DNA of 64,000 nt, taken from Candidatus Obscuribacteraceae bacterium (GTDB taxonomy: Bacteria; Cyanobacteriota; Vampirovibrionia; Obscuribacterales; Obscuribacteraceae). A model generated the notes under the pieces. It saw nothing but the letters and a program-made list of their open reading frames with translations, was not told where the DNA came from and ran no database searches. The position numbers were made by a program, and so were the translations under genes. The stretch lies in contig JBGAHS010000001.1 of assembly GCA_044226015.1 (NCBI GenBank), positions 896,001-960,000 of the forward strand, given 5' to 3'. Each line of letters begins with the position of its first letter. Within the stretch, counting starts at the first letter, position 1. This document shows positions 20,440 through 29,979 of this stretch, piece after piece.

Positions 20440-20970
20440 CTTTTCCTGCTACTTGAAACATCCAAAATTCGCGAACTGACACTATTTTGAGTTTTCAGTA
20501 TCTCAGCTAAATGATAGCCGCCAAGAACTAGATAAGTCCAGCCGGCGGCGATTTTGACCTGTTTAAGATTGGAGTGCTTGCTTAATTCGAGATAACTTGA
20601 GATCTCAAACACTGCAATGTTTGCAAGGCTCTTGAGGTATTGCTCAGAGCTGAGAATGAAATCTGCAATCACCACATTAGGTGCGTCTTCATTTTGCAGC
20701 TGTAGGGTTTACGCTGAGTTGCCATAAGAGCCTGCTTTTGGAGGATTTGTCCTCGCCTTTGGCTTGTGCAGCCCAAACGAATTTTTTCTAATTGTCAAAT
20801 TGAAAAGTGTTACGGAGAAGCCGGCTTCTTAGCAATTTGCTTGCTGTTGATTGCAGTCGGAAAATTCCAAAACTACGAGGGATAGATTACTGAGCATTTT
20901 TAGCTGGTCCGCATGGATAAAGCGTCTTGCGGCATTAGAAGGGATTTATCATAAAACGGAATATATCCTC

Positions 20971-20998
20971 TTGGATAAATCAACATATTCAGTATACT
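20971..20998 (+). promoter_or_regulatory. Putative sigma70-type promoter
   Basis: TTGGAT (20971-20976), 16-nt spacer, TATACT (20993-20998). Confidence 0.4.
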
Positions 20999-21107
20999 GG
21001 TGACAGGCTCACAATTTTTCCTTTATCTTTGATAGGAACCCCTCCTTCTGGAGGCGGTACTATTGCGAGCTAACACCAGTTTGAAGTCCTACCTTCAAGC
21101 AAAATCT

Positions 21108-21145
21108 GAAGAGGTGGCAAGCTGCCCTGCCGCCTCTTCTTTTTT
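21108..21145 (+). terminator. Intrinsic terminator or attenuator in the 5' leader of the LRR gene
   Basis: GAAGAGGTGGCA / TGCCGCCTCTTC stem (one G-U pair) followed by TTTTTT, ending 30 nt before the ATG at 21175. Confidence 0.7.
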
Positions 21146-21174
21146 GGTATCACTGACAGAGTTGATTAATTAGT

Positions 21175-22269
21175 ATGCTTCGGAATCTCAAGTTTGAATG
21201 TTTGTCTCTTAGTTTAGTAATGACTCTGCTGGTATTGTATATGGTGCCAGCGACAAGCTGGGCTCGCGAGTCGCACGTCATAGAGTCTCTGGACGAGCTA
21301 AAGTCCTATATTAGCTCTGGTGCGAAGTCGGAAACACTTGTCTTGAAGAAGCTGTCTGATACGACTACTCTTGATTCTCTTCCAGATAACCTTAGTTCTT
21401 TAACTCTTCGCTCTTGCTCTGCGTTGGAATCAATCGAGAACTTACCTGACTCACTTAGAACGCTGAGCATTCAAGATTGCCCGAATTTGAAACGGCTTCC
21501 CAAGCTTCCTGCTCGCCTTGCTTCTTTGCACGTGGAGGGTGGAGATGAGTCATTCGTAAGTGAATTGAAGAATTTTTTGTCGCAATCCTCAAATAGCACA
21601 ACTTTGAACCTGAGTGGGATAGAAAATCTAGAATCGTTAGAGGGCTTGCCCGACTCTCTGGTTTCATTGACGCTCACAAAATGTCCCCAGCTCAAGAGCT
21701 TGAAAAAATTGCCAGCACATTTGGGGTCATTGCATCTGAGGCAATGTGAAGAATTGACAGCGTTAGAATTGCCTGAGCAGGTTCTAGATTTGGGAATTGT
21801 TGATTGCCCGCATCTTGATGCTATTAGCAAGCTACCTCCCTCAATGAAGAACCTTGCAATCTCTCAATGTCCCGGTATAAGCAAACTGCCCGACTTGCCG
21901 AATGCATTGCAAGCCATTTCGATTTCCGATTGTTCAATTAGTGCACTGCCGTCATTGCCGGATGGTCTCAAATCAATCTCTCTGGCGAAAAACAAAGTCT
22001 CTGAGCTTCCCGCCTTGCCCAAGACTCTAGAGCTTTTGAGCTTAGATGGATGCTCTCAATTGAATGCTCTGCCCGAGCTTCCGTCTTCTCTTGTCAGATT
22101 AGACCTGGCGAACTGCGACGAGATTAAGGTGCTTCCCGCGCTTCCTGACGATTTTGCTTTCCTTGTGCTGACAGACTGCAAAAAGATGAAGGAATTGCCC
22201 AGCAAAATGCCTCCTAAAGCCGAGCTACGCATATCAGGATGCCCTGAAATTGAGAAAAAGTCTGACTGA
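21175..22269 (+). CDS. Secreted leucine-rich-repeat protein (short bacterial LRRs, YopM/IpaH-like class)
   Basis: Signal peptide ending ATSWA; about 13 repeats of LPxxLxxLxLxxCxxLxxL; no C-terminal enzymatic domain. Confidence 0.85.
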   Translation: MLRNLKFECLSLSLVMTLLVLYMVPATSWARESHVIESLDELKSYISSGAKSETLVLKKLSDTTTLDSLPDNLSSLTLRSCSALESIENLPDSLRTLSIQDCPNLKRLPKLPARLASLHVEGGDESFVSELKNFLSQSSNSTTLNLSGIENLESLEGLPDSLVSLTLTKCPQLKSLKKLPAHLGSLHLRQCEELTALELPEQVLDLGIVDCPHLDAISKLPPSMKNLAISQCPGISKLPDLPNALQAISISDCSISALPSLPDGLKSISLAKNKVSELPALPKTLELLSLDGCSQLNALPELPSSLVRLDLANCDEIKVLPALPDDFAFLVLTDCKKMKELPSKMPPKAELRISGCPEIEKKSD

Positions 22270-22357
22270 TGTCGCTCTAGTTCGCGGCGGCATTAATTGC
22301 GGTGGCATTGATTCGCGTGCGTGATCAGTTCGTGCAGGTCAAAGACCTGGAATGTAC

Positions 22358-23824
22358 TTAATCTGTTCGCTCAGTCAATTCGCTTGGAGTGAGATTTTCC
22401 GCAATTGGTTTATCGCCAGACTTGGCTAGTTTTGTTTCGTTTTCCATCAAGTCTGAGAGAATCCAATCGAAGATTTTGTGGGCTCCGAGCTCTGGTGCGA
22501 GTTCATCTCTAATCTCTTTTGGCAAACCTTTTGGACGATAGCCATCAATGAACGTGATGTGGTCAATCTGTCGGAACACTCTGCATTTTGATACATCTAC
22601 ATTCTTACGAATGGTCGAAATCGTGGGTTCGCGACTAATGGGATGCTTCGCAAGTACGTCTGATGGAAGGAACAGTGCGCTCACAAGTGGAGTAATGCCA
22701 TCATTCAATCCGTAGCGTCCGCTGCCTAGAATGATATCCTTGCCATCGGGGCTTGCTACTGGCATTCTGCCCATTTCAAAGTTCAACGCGCGCAGTACTG
22801 GGTGCTCAAAACCCAGGTGATATGGAACTGTACAAGTGGCGAACCACCAGGGCCATCTCAGTGCCTTGTAAATCTTGGCTGTCTGGTGTGGTGTTACATA
22901 CGGTGTCAATAGGTAGCCGCCGTAGCAGATGAACTTCTTCTTGTCTAACCTGATGTTTTTATTGACTTGAAGAATGCGGTTGTTGCTCATCGTATTTACG
23001 TCCACGTCTCCAGTGACGTGAAACGGAAACCATGTGGAGAACTTGCCTACATTTGGAATGCCGTTGTCGCTGTTATCCCAGCGTAAATCTTCGAGCAGGT
23101 TCGGATGGCGCGCAAAATACAACTTATATGAAAGGCAGAGGTCGGCTCTAACCCAAGGCACATCGTGGTTTCTAACAATGCTGTATCTCAACCAATCAAA
23201 ACAGAAGAGTGGTGCACCGTGAAATGGTGTTCCTAAAGTCAACACCTTTTCAATGCAAGCATTCACATCCATGTCTTGCATTGACTCTTGAACCATGTTT
23301 CCGCCCATGGAAAGCGCGACTATTGTAATTTGTTTGTTGCCAACGGAATGGAAGAGCTCATTAATTGCTTTCTTGAAGTGAGGCATATTTGTTGAAAGCA
23401 AAGTGTAGGTATTGAATCTTGCAAAATAGATTTTGTACTTCGCCTTGAAATCAGAATCACGCATCAGTCTTTCGACAACACGCTCCCAGCGGAAGCCTTC
23501 GTTAAATTCACCACGCAATCCGTGAACCATCAGTAGTGGCTGACGGTTGCCGATAGGAGTCTCGTCGTTCTGATAAATCTCTACTCCAATAGGAGCTTGC
23601 TTCAAATATTTTTTCGCCGGAGGTAATTGGTAAGAACCCGGCATCGAAACAGCGACGGAGCTTTGCAGCTTTGATGCATGCGATGATGAGCTGCCAGTAG
23701 GCTGTCCGAGGGCTAGTTCTTCGGCATATGCTGGTGCTAAAGTAAATGAGCTTACGAGCATCGAGAAAGCTAGTGAAACTATTGTCAGCACAAGCTCTCT
23801 GGTTTTCAAGTGGTTCTTCATCAC
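22358..23824 (-). CDS. Secreted alpha/beta hydrolase (PGAP1/lipase-like)
   Basis: Signal peptide; MVHGL oxyanion region; ALSMGG nucleophile elbow; LGTPFHG; NDGITP; DHI. Confidence 0.75.
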   Translation of the reverse strand: MMKNHLKTRELVLTIVSLAFSMLVSSFTLAPAYAEELALGQPTGSSSSHASKLQSSVAVSMPGSYQLPPAKKYLKQAPIGVEIYQNDETPIGNRQPLLMVHGLRGEFNEGFRWERVVERLMRDSDFKAKYKIYFARFNTYTLLSTNMPHFKKAINELFHSVGNKQITIVALSMGGNMVQESMQDMDVNACIEKVLTLGTPFHGAPLFCFDWLRYSIVRNHDVPWVRADLCLSYKLYFARHPNLLEDLRWDNSDNGIPNVGKFSTWFPFHVTGDVDVNTMSNNRILQVNKNIRLDKKKFICYGGYLLTPYVTPHQTAKIYKALRWPWWFATCTVPYHLGFEHPVLRALNFEMGRMPVASPDGKDIILGSGRYGLNDGITPLVSALFLPSDVLAKHPISREPTISTIRKNVDVSKCRVFRQIDHITFIDGYRPKGLPKEIRDELAPELGAHKIFDWILSDLMENETKLAKSGDKPIAENLTPSELTERTD

Positions 23825-23929
23825 ACCATACCGGACAAGAAAAAGTTCAAAATTTTGTCCAAACCTACAGAATAAGACGAGAGTCTGGGTACAAGACTTT
23901 TAGTTTATTACTTGCAGAGATAATTTACT

Positions 23930-25153
23930 ATGGCTGAAAACATTCTTCTTTACTTCTCGGACACTGGTCGAGGGCACCGCAGTGCGACAGAAGCAGTCGA
24001 AGGCGCTTTACAACGAATCGCCGAGGAACATTTCCCCGGACGAGATCTGAAACTTATAAAAGAACCCGTTGCGGAGAAGTCGAGCGGCGTAAACCGCGCG
24101 TTCGTCGAGGCTTACAACTATTTTCTCCGCAATCATCAGCATCTAATGAAGTACTACTACGATTTCGTCCAGTGGGTCAAACCCAATGAACGGCATCTTG
24201 CTTACCTTGGCTGCAGAGAGTATTTGACACAGCACCTTATCGAAACTCAGCCTTCAGTCGTCGTATCTATGCACCCGATGACGAATCATTTTATTTACAA
24301 AGCCATGAGAGATGTAGGCATTGCTGGTGATGTCAAGTTGATTGTGGTCATTACTGACCCTAATACCAATCTTTGGAGAGGATGGGCTTGTCACGAAGCT
24401 GACCTCATTGTGGCGCCTAATGAACTCGTAAAAGATAAATTGATGGAATGGAAAGTTCCAGAATCGAAAATCAGAGTATTGGGAATGCCAATCAGCCCTG
24501 AATTCTTGAATCCTCCCACGGTGTCACGCGGAGAATTTTTGAGTCATCTGGGCTTGTCGACTGACCTTCCGACATTGTGTATCAATGCTGGCTGGGCTGG
24601 CGGCGGCAATATGCTTTCAGCTTATCGTTCACTTAAAGAAGTTGAGTCGAAATTCCAGGTGCTCTTCCTTTGTGGTCATAATAAGGATTTGTACGAAAGA
24701 GCGAAAGCAGAGGCTATCGACTCTCGTATTCCAACTGCAGTGCTTCCTTTTCATGATCGCATGCCAGACCTGATGGCAGCCGTAGATGCAATGGTGACAA
24801 AAGCTGGTGGACTGACAACATTTGAATGTATTGCCCGAAAACTTCCAATGATCGTTGATGTAATCACAGCACCGATGCCCCAGGAAGCCGGAACTGTTGA
24901 GATGCTTGTAGATGCCGGACTAGCGCAAAGGCTGAGTAGTCCTCAGCAATTGCCTTCACTGGTGAAGAATTTGCGTCACGACCCCGATCGAATGAGCAAG
25001 CCGCTTCCCGAGAAATACTGTTTGAACCGCACTGATGCTGTGTTCGAGATGGCAAAAATCATCTTGCACAACACCAATCAGTTTGACACGCCCAAGCGCA
25101 GTCACAGCGATGTTCATTTGAAGGCACTTAAGCCGCAGACGAGCAGCAATTAA
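23930..25153 (+). CDS. Diacylglycerol glycosyltransferase (GT28, MGDG synthase/UgtP-like)
   Basis: SDTGRGHRSA, VVSMHP, VITD, GMPISPEF, CGHN, MVTKAGGLT, PQE. Confidence 0.85.
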   Translation: MAENILLYFSDTGRGHRSATEAVEGALQRIAEEHFPGRDLKLIKEPVAEKSSGVNRAFVEAYNYFLRNHQHLMKYYYDFVQWVKPNERHLAYLGCREYLTQHLIETQPSVVVSMHPMTNHFIYKAMRDVGIAGDVKLIVVITDPNTNLWRGWACHEADLIVAPNELVKDKLMEWKVPESKIRVLGMPISPEFLNPPTVSRGEFLSHLGLSTDLPTLCINAGWAGGGNMLSAYRSLKEVESKFQVLFLCGHNKDLYERAKAEAIDSRIPTAVLPFHDRMPDLMAAVDAMVTKAGGLTTFECIARKLPMIVDVITAPMPQEAGTVEMLVDAGLAQRLSSPQQLPSLVKNLRHDPDRMSKPLPEKYCLNRTDAVFEMAKIILHNTNQFDTPKRSHSDVHLKALKPQTSSN

Positions 25154-25176
25154 GTCACTTTAGTCCTGATGATTTT

Positions 25177-25207
25177 GAACCTGCGAGAAATCGCAGGTTC
25201 TTTTTTT
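25177..25207 (+). terminator. Rho-independent terminator
   Basis: GAACCTGCGA-GAAA-TCGCAGGTTC perfect 10-bp stem followed by T7, just after the GT28 stop. Confidence 0.9.
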
Positions 25208-25411
25208 CAGGGGGCAATTCAAGGCAAAAGTCGCCGACAGTATCTTGCTTCTGCCTGGATCTCGGCTGGGCGAGCAGCTGCCGGGCAGCTGTCCTTCCGC
25301 GCCTGTCCGCGCATTTTGGAAGCAAACTCACAGTAGATTAACTGACGCCCTGCGACCCATTGTTCGAATAATCAAATAAAATAGGGGTAGTTTTGGGAAA
25401 GGACGCCAACC

Positions 25412-26140
25412 ATGAAACTAGCAATTAAAGAGTTTGGGACTGGTGGCAGTAAAGGCGATGTAATTTTGATTCATGGCACGGGTGCCAAGGCAGAAATGTG
25501 GAACCCACAAATCGAAATGCTCGTTAAGGATGGCTGGCATTGTATCGTTCCCGATTTGCGAGGGCACGGTGAGAGTGCCGAACCCGAAGAGAAAACCGAT
25601 TTGAAGACTCATATGCAAGATCTTTTTGAGACCTTCGATGATTTGGAAATTAAGTGGCCCGCCGTATGGATCGGGCATTCACTGGGATCAATTCTTTCTC
25701 TTGAAGTTGCGAGTGTGCAACCACAACTGGTGTCGAAAATTCTGGCGGTTTCTTTTCCTGGTAAAGTACCGGCGGTGGTGGCAAATGCGTTTAAAGTGTT
25801 TTTGAATCTGCCTTATCAAAGCCTTCGAAATACTGCCATTCATCGCAATCTTGGCTGGCGCGAACGTGTTCTCTTAGATACTAACAGTTACAGTCTTGGA
25901 CAAGTGGTGGAGAACTTTCATAGTCTCGATTACATCAATAATATTCCTAAGGTTGATTGTCCTGTTCATTTTGCCGTGGGGCGGTTTGACCCGGTCGCGC
26001 CTTCTATGCATGTTGAGTCAATTCACAAGGCTATGCCAGGAAGCAGCCTGCAAATCATTGAATGGGCGGGTCACAATCCGATGGACAGCCAGCCCATTGC
26101 TTTCAATAAATGGTTCCGGAAAACGATGGAATTACACTAA
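25412..26140 (+). CDS. Alpha/beta fold hydrolase
   Basis: LIHGTG, PDLRGHGES, GHSLG, GRFDP, AGHNP (Ser-Asp-His triad). Confidence 0.9.
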   Translation: MKLAIKEFGTGGSKGDVILIHGTGAKAEMWNPQIEMLVKDGWHCIVPDLRGHGESAEPEEKTDLKTHMQDLFETFDDLEIKWPAVWIGHSLGSILSLEVASVQPQLVSKILAVSFPGKVPAVVANAFKVFLNLPYQSLRNTAIHRNLGWRERVLLDTNSYSLGQVVENFHSLDYINNIPKVDCPVHFAVGRFDPVAPSMHVESIHKAMPGSSLQIIEWAGHNPMDSQPIAFNKWFRKTMELH

Positions 26141-26173
26141 TCGAGAACTTCAGGCAAAGTGTTGGCAACAGCA

Positions 26174-29100
26174 TCAATTGCTCATTCCAAAGCCCTTTTT
26201 GACCCAGCCAAAGAAACCTTTCTTTTGTTGTTCCATTTGCTGAAGCAGTTGTTCAAGAGAAGGTCCTTGCATTGGCTCAGATTGTTGTCTGTGCGGCTCG
26301 GCTTGTGCTGGCAGCAATTTGCCTAACAAATTCAAGCTGTATTGCAAATCTTTTGGCTTCATTATGTCAGGACGACGTTCGCGGAGAACTTTCTCGGAGT
26401 CTTTTGACTCCTGCAATTTTCTTCTTTCGGTAGTACCATCTGAAAGAAATAGTGTTCCTTCGCCGGTAGATTCTGAAAACATGAAGGCTTCCCCGCGTTT
26501 CAGATTGCCGGTTCCATGTTCCATCAAATAGCGCATGCGTTTTGTAACCGGGTCTTCTGGTGGCTCAGCCACAGGCTCTTGCATCTTTCCAGGAACAGGG
26601 CGAATAGTGCGTACCTGCTTACTCGAAAGGAATTGCTTATCACCATCAATTAGAGGCTTCATGAAAGTGAACGCGCCCGATTTGCTCTTTTGGAAGTCGA
26701 TGATTTTGTTGGCAGGTCCAGCAGACATACCACCAGGATAGTACTTGCTCATGTCCACGCCCACCGGCACTGGAACTTTATTAGGAACAGTGTTTTGACT
26801 CGCTGTTTCCAACGGAACAGGGCTCGCTATTTCACTCTTTGGAATTGCCAGCGGAGATATCGCTTGAGCTATGCCGCTTGCTGCATCGAGCGCCGGCTTG
26901 AGAACTGGTTGTGCGCTCGCTACTGCATCTTGCACCGCTGGTGGTAGTGCTGCAATAAGTGGTTGAAGAGGACCCTGTTCAGGGCTGGTGAGTGGACCAG
27001 CCGTAGCAGATTTCCGCTCTAGCCCTTGTGCACCCAGCTGTGGCAAAGCTGTTTCTGCAGCCGATTTGTGCTCTACCGGTTTCGGAATCATACTTTCTAG
27101 AGTTGATGGTGCTGCTGCTATCGGCAAAGATGCTGACAGTCTGACTGCCACCGGAGGTGGTGCCGGTGCTGTGGGGCTGCTGAAGCTGTTGATTATTCGG
27201 CTCACATCCAGCGGCACTGGCGTAGGAGCCTTTTGTTCAGGAACCGCGCCCGGTCCTGCTGCAACCGGCGCAGTCTCCGGCGAAACGTTTGCAACAATCG
27301 CCTCTGGTGAGTTGTCGCGGTTCGTTCCTGGCAGTCCTGGCAGGCTGGGCCATGACCAAGACACATTCGGAACGAAAGAAGTAAAAGTCTTTTTCGCCTG
27401 CGACATCATGTTTTCAAAGAAGCCTGGCTTCTTATCTGCTTCATCCATCTCTGGAAGGTCAGTCGATGCAAGATGTGTTACTGAATTGTTTTTGAGGAGA
27501 CCGTAGTTGGGACCAGAGACTTCGGGTCTCTTAACGACGCGATTATCTTCAGGTAATTTTGGAACAGCAGACAAAATTTGCTTCAGTTGCGGGTCCATAT
27601 CTGGTGATTTTTCCGCTGGCTTCGCTGCTGTCTTTGATGTTGTGACGTTCACGTCGCCGCCATACCTACCATCGAGAATTCGTGCGACCTCTGGTGGAAG
27701 GTCTGCTTTATCAGGAAGTGACTTCTGATAGCTGCTCGTGACTGTAGTGGTAGTGTTAGTTGTTGTTGTGACGTTGACTTTATTGCTTGGCGTTGTTTCA
27801 TGCTTTATGAATGGAATGTGTGACTTCATGTTTTGAGCAACGCTTCCAATAGAAAATGGTTTTTCCTGTTTTGGAACCAGGTCAATTGGGTTCACCGCAT
27901 GTGGTGCATTCTTAACGACTGCTGCATCTTCAGCTCTTTCAGTGAAAGGTATATGATCTTTGATATGAGAAAGCATGTTTGCAGCGCGTGAGACCTTCTT
28001 CTCCTCGGGCGCGGGTGGCGCTTGTGCTGGTTTGTCAGCACCAAACGGTAGCTTGTCCTTCATCCAGGCAAACATTGAGCCCTTTTCTTCTTTCTGCTCA
28101 GTGTGTGCGGTTTCTTGCTGCGCTTGTGCTGGAAGTCGGCTCTTAATCCATTCGGGCATGGGCGGCTTCGGAATGTTGCTAACAGCTCTGCTCGCGCCGG
28201 TTCTCATGCGAGCTAGCAATCCCTGGGCATCTTCATTTTGCGCTGCTACGCGAGAATCTTTTTTGTCATTCTTTTCTGATGGAGTATTTTTGAGAGCGTC
28301 TGACACTGAATTTGGTGTCAACTTTCCGAATTCTTCAGTCTCTGCCTTGCTATCCTTTTGCTCATGCTTTTCTGCTTTCGGAGCTGCTCCAAGGTTGTTT
28401 ATTATGTCATCGATGGCTTTTGGACGTTGTTCGTTGCGAGCTTCGCTCACTTGTTCTGGCGCTTTTTCTGAAGCATTGCTCTGACGCGGCTCGTCTTTGA
28501 AAAATGCTCCGGGTCCATTTGACTTAGTGCTCGGCGACTGGCTGAAAACTAGTGATATCTTGCCTCGCCCAGATGGTCTGCTTGCGGGTTCTGCTGAAGG
28601 CGTCTTGTCGATGGATGCTTCTGTGTGTGGTGCCACTTTCTGTGTTGGAGCTGAAGCGGAATGCAACCATTGTGCGGCCGGGTCTGAATTTTCTGCAGTG
28701 GGAAGCTTGCCCGTTGTGGCTACGCTGATCGCAGCGGAAGGTGCTTCCAAGTCTTTGCGATCTGCAATTGTAATTTTTTGTGCCGGAGGTTTCTGGCTGG
28801 AAAAAATCTTTCCTACTTCGTTTGCAGCGCCAAGCAGATTGCCGCTCTGAACATGCAATTGAACCAGGTAAGTTCGCATTTTTGTATCGCGCGGCGCTAA
28901 AGCCAAAGCCTGTTCCATTGCAGATTTGGCTAGCTTTGTTTGTCCTTCCGCTTGAAACAGCTGTGCTTGTTCGTAGAACGCTTTGGTGTTGCGTGGGTTC
29001 TCATGCGCAGCACGTACAAATTCAAGCAATGCTTCGTGAGGCTTGTTTTGTTGCTTGTAGTAATAGCCTTTCTCCATGTGTGTTGCAGGATAACTGGCTT

Positions 29101-29308
29101 TGAGCAAATTAGTATTTATTGCAGCCCGAACAGAGCTGTTTAGGGGCACGGCTTTTCTAACTGGCACCATATTAGGTGCCATTGGCATTCCAGAACCTAG
29201 CGCTACTTTTTTCTTGTTGCTACTAGATTGCTGCGCTTCAACCTGTGAAGCGTAGCTAACCAGTGTTATCAAGAGTGAGGTTTTTATCAAAACCCGCGAT
29301 GGTGGCAT
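26174..29308 (-). CDS. Exported protein with N-terminal TPRs and a long Pro/Ser/Ala-rich disordered region
   Basis: Signal-like N-terminus; TPR-like helices at about aa 75-170; low-complexity middle; compact C-terminal segment. Confidence 0.7.
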   Translation of the reverse strand: MPPSRVLIKTSLLITLVSYASQVEAQQSSSNKKKVALGSGMPMAPNMVPVRKAVPLNSSVRAAINTNLLKASYPATHMEKGYYYKQQNKPHEALLEFVRAAHENPRNTKAFYEQAQLFQAEGQTKLAKSAMEQALALAPRDTKMRTYLVQLHVQSGNLLGAANEVGKIFSSQKPPAQKITIADRKDLEAPSAAISVATTGKLPTAENSDPAAQWLHSASAPTQKVAPHTEASIDKTPSAEPASRPSGRGKISLVFSQSPSTKSNGPGAFFKDEPRQSNASEKAPEQVSEARNEQRPKAIDDIINNLGAAPKAEKHEQKDSKAETEEFGKLTPNSVSDALKNTPSEKNDKKDSRVAAQNEDAQGLLARMRTGASRAVSNIPKPPMPEWIKSRLPAQAQQETAHTEQKEEKGSMFAWMKDKLPFGADKPAQAPPAPEEKKVSRAANMLSHIKDHIPFTERAEDAAVVKNAPHAVNPIDLVPKQEKPFSIGSVAQNMKSHIPFIKHETTPSNKVNVTTTTNTTTTVTSSYQKSLPDKADLPPEVARILDGRYGGDVNVTTSKTAAKPAEKSPDMDPQLKQILSAVPKLPEDNRVVKRPEVSGPNYGLLKNNSVTHLASTDLPEMDEADKKPGFFENMMSQAKKTFTSFVPNVSWSWPSLPGLPGTNRDNSPEAIVANVSPETAPVAAGPGAVPEQKAPTPVPLDVSRIINSFSSPTAPAPPPVAVRLSASLPIAAAPSTLESMIPKPVEHKSAAETALPQLGAQGLERKSATAGPLTSPEQGPLQPLIAALPPAVQDAVASAQPVLKPALDAASGIAQAISPLAIPKSEIASPVPLETASQNTVPNKVPVPVGVDMSKYYPGGMSAGPANKIIDFQKSKSGAFTFMKPLIDGDKQFLSSKQVRTIRPVPGKMQEPVAEPPEDPVTKRMRYLMEHGTGNLKRGEAFMFSESTGEGTLFLSDGTTERRKLQESKDSEKVLRERRPDIMKPKDLQYSLNLLGKLLPAQAEPHRQQSEPMQGPSLEQLLQQMEQQKKGFFGWVKKGFGMSN

Positions 29309-29375
29309 TCCGGCTCGGTTCCTTTCGACAGACAGTCTTCAGGTCGTGACAAGACTTGTCAGGCAATATAATAGC

Positions 29376-29861
29376 CTATGACTTGATTACAAAACGCTCT
29401 ATCTTTCTCATCATCTTTATCCAATTTGGCTCTTTTTGCGTTTTCAAGGGCCAAACCAGAATAGTCTTCATTCCTGCCCGTTGTCCGCCAAGCACGTCTG
29501 TGAGGGGACGATCGCCAATTACAGCAACCTGGCTAGCTTCCATCTCAAAACCCTTCAAAATCTCGAAAAATGCCCAACGCCGAGGCTTCGCAGCTTTGTA
29601 TATGAGCGGCATTTGTAAAAGCTCTCTCACTTGTTCGATATATGCTGCATGCTTATTATTGCTGACAATCGCAACTTCGAAGTTGTCGCGCGCTTCCTTA
29701 AGCCAGGCGGTCACTTCGGGGCTCAACTTGCCTGCCCTTGGTTCCATCAAGGTGCTGTCGAGATCAAATATTAAACCGCGCACACCATCCTGCTTAAGTA
29801 AAGCCAGGTCAATATCGGTAACGTCGCCGTTAATAAGGTATGTTGGTCTTAATAAAACCAT
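29376..29861 (-). CDS. yqeG: YqeG family HAD IIIA-type phosphatase
   Basis: IFDLDSTL (DxD), VSNN, AAKP, IGDRPLTDVLGG. Confidence 0.9.
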   Translation of the reverse strand: MVLLRPTYLINGDVTDIDLALLKQDGVRGLIFDLDSTLMEPRAGKLSPEVTAWLKEARDNFEVAIVSNNKHAAYIEQVRELLQMPLIYKAAKPRRWAFFEILKGFEMEASQVAVIGDRPLTDVLGGQRAGMKTILVWPLKTQKEPNWIKMMRKIERFVIKS

Positions 29862-29979
29862 TTGCAGAAACAGTTAATGCTTGCCGATTGAGCTACAGTT
29901 CATAATGGCAATTGACAGTTTGATTCTTCCACAGATGCGTCATTTTTGAAAGATGCCGCCTCAAACTCGGTAGAAGTCA

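Noticed and set aside
20397..20675. 92-aa ORF upstream of the MBOAT gene
   Set aside because: No recognisable motifs or RBS and it overlaps the MBOAT start out of frame; probably a chance ORF
21031..21095. Fluoride or other known riboswitch
   Set aside because: Only a superficial GATAGG...TCCTAC resemblance; the core consensus and gene context do not fit
22284..22313. Two 15-bp imperfect repeats between convergent genes
   Set aside because: Too short and too few to distinguish from local slippage
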